Positions 60,851 to 64,000 of a stretch of DNA of 64,000 nt are shown here, piece after piece. The notes under the pieces were generated by a model, which did not search any database, had not been told where the DNA came from, and saw only the letters and a program-made list of their open reading frames with translations. Positions within the stretch are counted from its first letter, which is position 1. Every line of letters starts with the position of its first letter. The translations under genes were made by a program, and so were the position numbers. The DNA is from Saccostrea cucullata (Eukaryota): NCBI RefSeq assembly GCF_032062105.1, contig NW_026930741.1, positions 62,001 through 126,000 on the forward strand, given 5' to 3'.

Positions 60851-63800
60851 AATTGACAATGTGTCGTCGATATATCTAAATGTTGAGATGAAGGGTACTG
60901 CAAGTGTTTCTTCTTTTCACGCAAAGAAAGTACTAAATGACGACTTTAAACGGGTTTATTGAAATACCTGTAACACCACCTTATCAGTGAGAAGCCAGCC
61001 TCGTTTTAAAATTTCCCATACTAAGAGGAATTGTGCTGAGGTTTCCCCTTTGCAGCAGTTAAGATTTTCTACAAAGTAAAGATAAGGGCTTTTTACGTGA
61101 TTTGGTGGACCCAGCATGATAATCATTAATAAAATTGAACCTATTTTTGGCTTTATCTGCTAAGAATGTACGCTTTTTTATGCCTAATTGCTCCGATAAA
61201 TTTGGAGGTTCGACTTTGATCTGCTCCTATTTTGTATTGCTTGAAGGACTTTTGATCTTATGTACTGTTCATTATCTCCATATCTTTCACTGCAGTAGTA
61301 AAAATACATTGCTGAATTAAACATAAGCGCTTTGCGCTGCGCTTAGCGCTTAAACAGAAGGCTGGCGCTGATGTACAAAAGTTATCACGTTCATCATAAA
61401 GTTTATTGTTTAGAAACCAGAAGGTCTCATTAAAGATCCAAACATGAAATACTGTAGCTGACTCTATCTGACATATCTTTTATATCAGCTTCAAAGAGAA
61501 ATATTTAATCATCGAAGTAATGAAAATAAATGTTGTTTATTAATAAATCGACCTTGATCTATCTTAATTTTGAAATTCATGTCACAACAAGAGACTTCTT
61601 AAAATTTAGAAAGTGATGTTTAATCAATTCTAATCCATATGATTATAAAAATGTCTGTTTAAATGGCGCACCAATAAAGTGTTTGAAGACTTGATCTCAA
61701 AGAAAAACAACCTACAAAATTATTTTGCTTATGACCAATGACAAGGTAAATAAATCAATAAGTTTCATTTTTACTGAAAAAGCAGATGTTAATGATGTAC
61801 ATGTACAAAACGCTGAACGTGAATTTATTCGAGGTACGTATGTAAAATCGCACGTTCTGATGTAATTTTGTAAAGTTTGTGATTTAAAATTTTCTTAGAG
61901 TCTTTTTGAGTTTTGAAGTGAATTACTGTTGCTCCGTCTCATTTACCTCATCTCTTAAATATATGTTTGTACAGTATTCCTGAAGTTTCTCTTTCTGTTG
62001 ATATTTTAGTGTGGAGAAAAGAAAGAAGCAAGGTAGAACATTTACTGAAATAGCAAACTTCCTCAAAATCATATTTCAAGTATTCAAATTACATGTATGA
62101 ACAGGGTAAATACAAAAGTGGGTCAAGAATAAGGACTTTCTTCCAAGAAGTCAGACAGATGTTTGATTTTTCTCTTGATTGGGAAAAAAAGAAAATTCGG
62201 TCAACTTCTTGCAATATTACAGCTTAATAATTTGTATAAAAGACGTCAGTAATCAATTGAAGCAACAACAGAAAGTATTTTAGAAATTAACATATCGAGC
62301 ATAATTTTTAAAAAATGATAACTTTTAACTAGATTCCTGACACATTGATCAATACATGTATCATTTAATCATTTATATTTTGCAAATGGCACTGATTGTT
62401 TGGAAAATATTTAAATATAGATCGTTTCCATGAATATAAAGTTTATTTGGAGACATATTATACTCAGTTTTTTTGGACTTTTGATCATGAATATTGTTTG
62501 TTATCTCCATATTATGTTTCATTCAGCATTCAGGTGAATTGCTACTTACGGACGGACTTAGTCGATAGAATATGAAGTTGTCATGTTTTTACAAGGATTT
62601 GTTTTCAGTTTGCTATCAATATCTTTCAATATATCGTATGTGTCTAAAGTTAAACATCTAAATGTTGAAGAAACACATGGTTTTAAAAAGCTTCCGTTAT
62701 TAGGATGGGTATTAGGTATTTTTAATCCTACCATGCAATTTTCTTGGAAAAGAAAGCAAAATTTGGATCATTTTAGTATTGCCTGAAAAGAAAATTTATC
62801 TTGTAATATTACTTTTGGTTATTCATAAATTGTATTCAAAGAGGTATGTGAAAGTAAGCAGTCCATTTTCTATAAACAATTTTATTTTGTCAAGAAATTT
62901 TTATGATATTGACGTAAATGTAAACTCAAAGTGGAAATGCATTTTCTTTGTGTTTGTCTAGTTTACCTCTGGGCATTAAAGGTAAATGTAAATATTTAAG
63001 AAAAGTTAAAACATGGTGCATTCTGTATTATTTTATAATTAGTTTGCTCTGGGTTTGGTTAAATCAATTCTTAGAGTTAGTAAAAGAGTATATAATAATA
63101 ACATTATTATGGTTGTTTGTTATGAATAAATGCATGATTAGTTTCCTTTTCATTATAGAAAAATATTTTTGAATATTTTTTTCTTATTTCCGGGAGGTAA
63201 CATATAACACAAATCAAATTATTTTCATATCAGAAAAAGGATTATTCGAAGTCTACATATATTAATCACTACATTTAATTTCACAACGTGTGGTGTTTTT
63301 TATCTCTTTTATCTACAGATAAACACAAGAATTTTTTACCAGAAACAAATAATATATGTGTATTTAAATCAAATAAATGTGCTTTTCTGTGGCCATCATT
63401 CTTTGAAGTCCTGACAAAATGACAAGTTTTATCTGATTTGATCTTTGTCATTACCCAATACAAATATATGACCAGATGTAAACACCGCGGGTTCTTTTAT
63501 ACATGTACCACTTCAATTAATCAGTTGACGTTTTTATGATGTGGCATTCATTAAAAAAGAGATAACCAATTTTCTCTTCCTGATATTTAAATCAATATGT
63601 GACAAAATGCACGCGGTGGTCTTTGTAAGAAATATATAAATGTATCTACATACATCAAGAAATTGAAATGTTGTTTAATCTTATCTTAAAATGGACAACA
63701 AAAGATTAAAGGGTGGGAACCACCTGGATGGAGAAAAAAATTGCTTGAACCTGCTACCCTCGTACCCAAACTTACAAAGTAATATAAATTTAATATAATA

Positions 63801-64000
63801 CAAATATAATGGGAAATGAAAACAATTTACAATATTTCATCATAAAGCATAAATGTTCTAGGTATAGTCTGTACATGAAGCTCATATTAATTTTGTTAAA
63901 TTGTTTTGAACAGGGCTACTTGGAAGGTTTTTAATTCATTAGATGTTTCTCTGTCTGTTGGTCGATCTATCTGCCTAGCTGTTTGTCTGTCCAAATTGAT

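Overview
AT-rich, intron-rich animal DNA. The repeats (Helentron/HINE elements with a ~166-bp internal satellite, Naiad-like Penelope retroelements) point to a bivalve, probably an oyster; this is inference. The window holds four genes. (1) 6-6688 (+): the 3' part of a multi-exon gene whose product has two tandem Hedgehog N-terminal (Hedge)-like domains followed by a bacterial-style peptidase M15A-like domain. There is no Hint domain and the Zn ligands are substituted. (2) 13119-9166 (-): an intact two-exon class B/Methuselah-like 7TM receptor with a large Cys-rich, somatomedin-B-like ectodomain. (3) 23123-~19170 (-): a pseudogenised tandem copy of that receptor. (4) 25102-52582 (+): a gene of ~50 exons and roughly 5,000 aa (hand estimate) for a type I membrane protein. 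Its order is signal peptide, vitellogenin/LLT lipid-transfer domain, helical region, LECT2/M23-like domain, PAN, many FN3-like repeats, cadherin-like repeats, EGFs, TM helix and tail. Main hypothesis: the locus carries catalytically dead versions of all three LAS Zn-peptidase families (lysostaphin/M23, D-Ala-D-Ala peptidase/M15, Hedgehog) beside a GPCR, possibly a ligand- or peptidoglycan-sensing module. The sequence also shows a segmental duplication that copied the start of gene 4, a minisatellite grown from a single-copy 3' sequence, repeated duplication of splice junctions, and a probable GC-AG intron. All domain calls come from visual motif recognition, not database searches.
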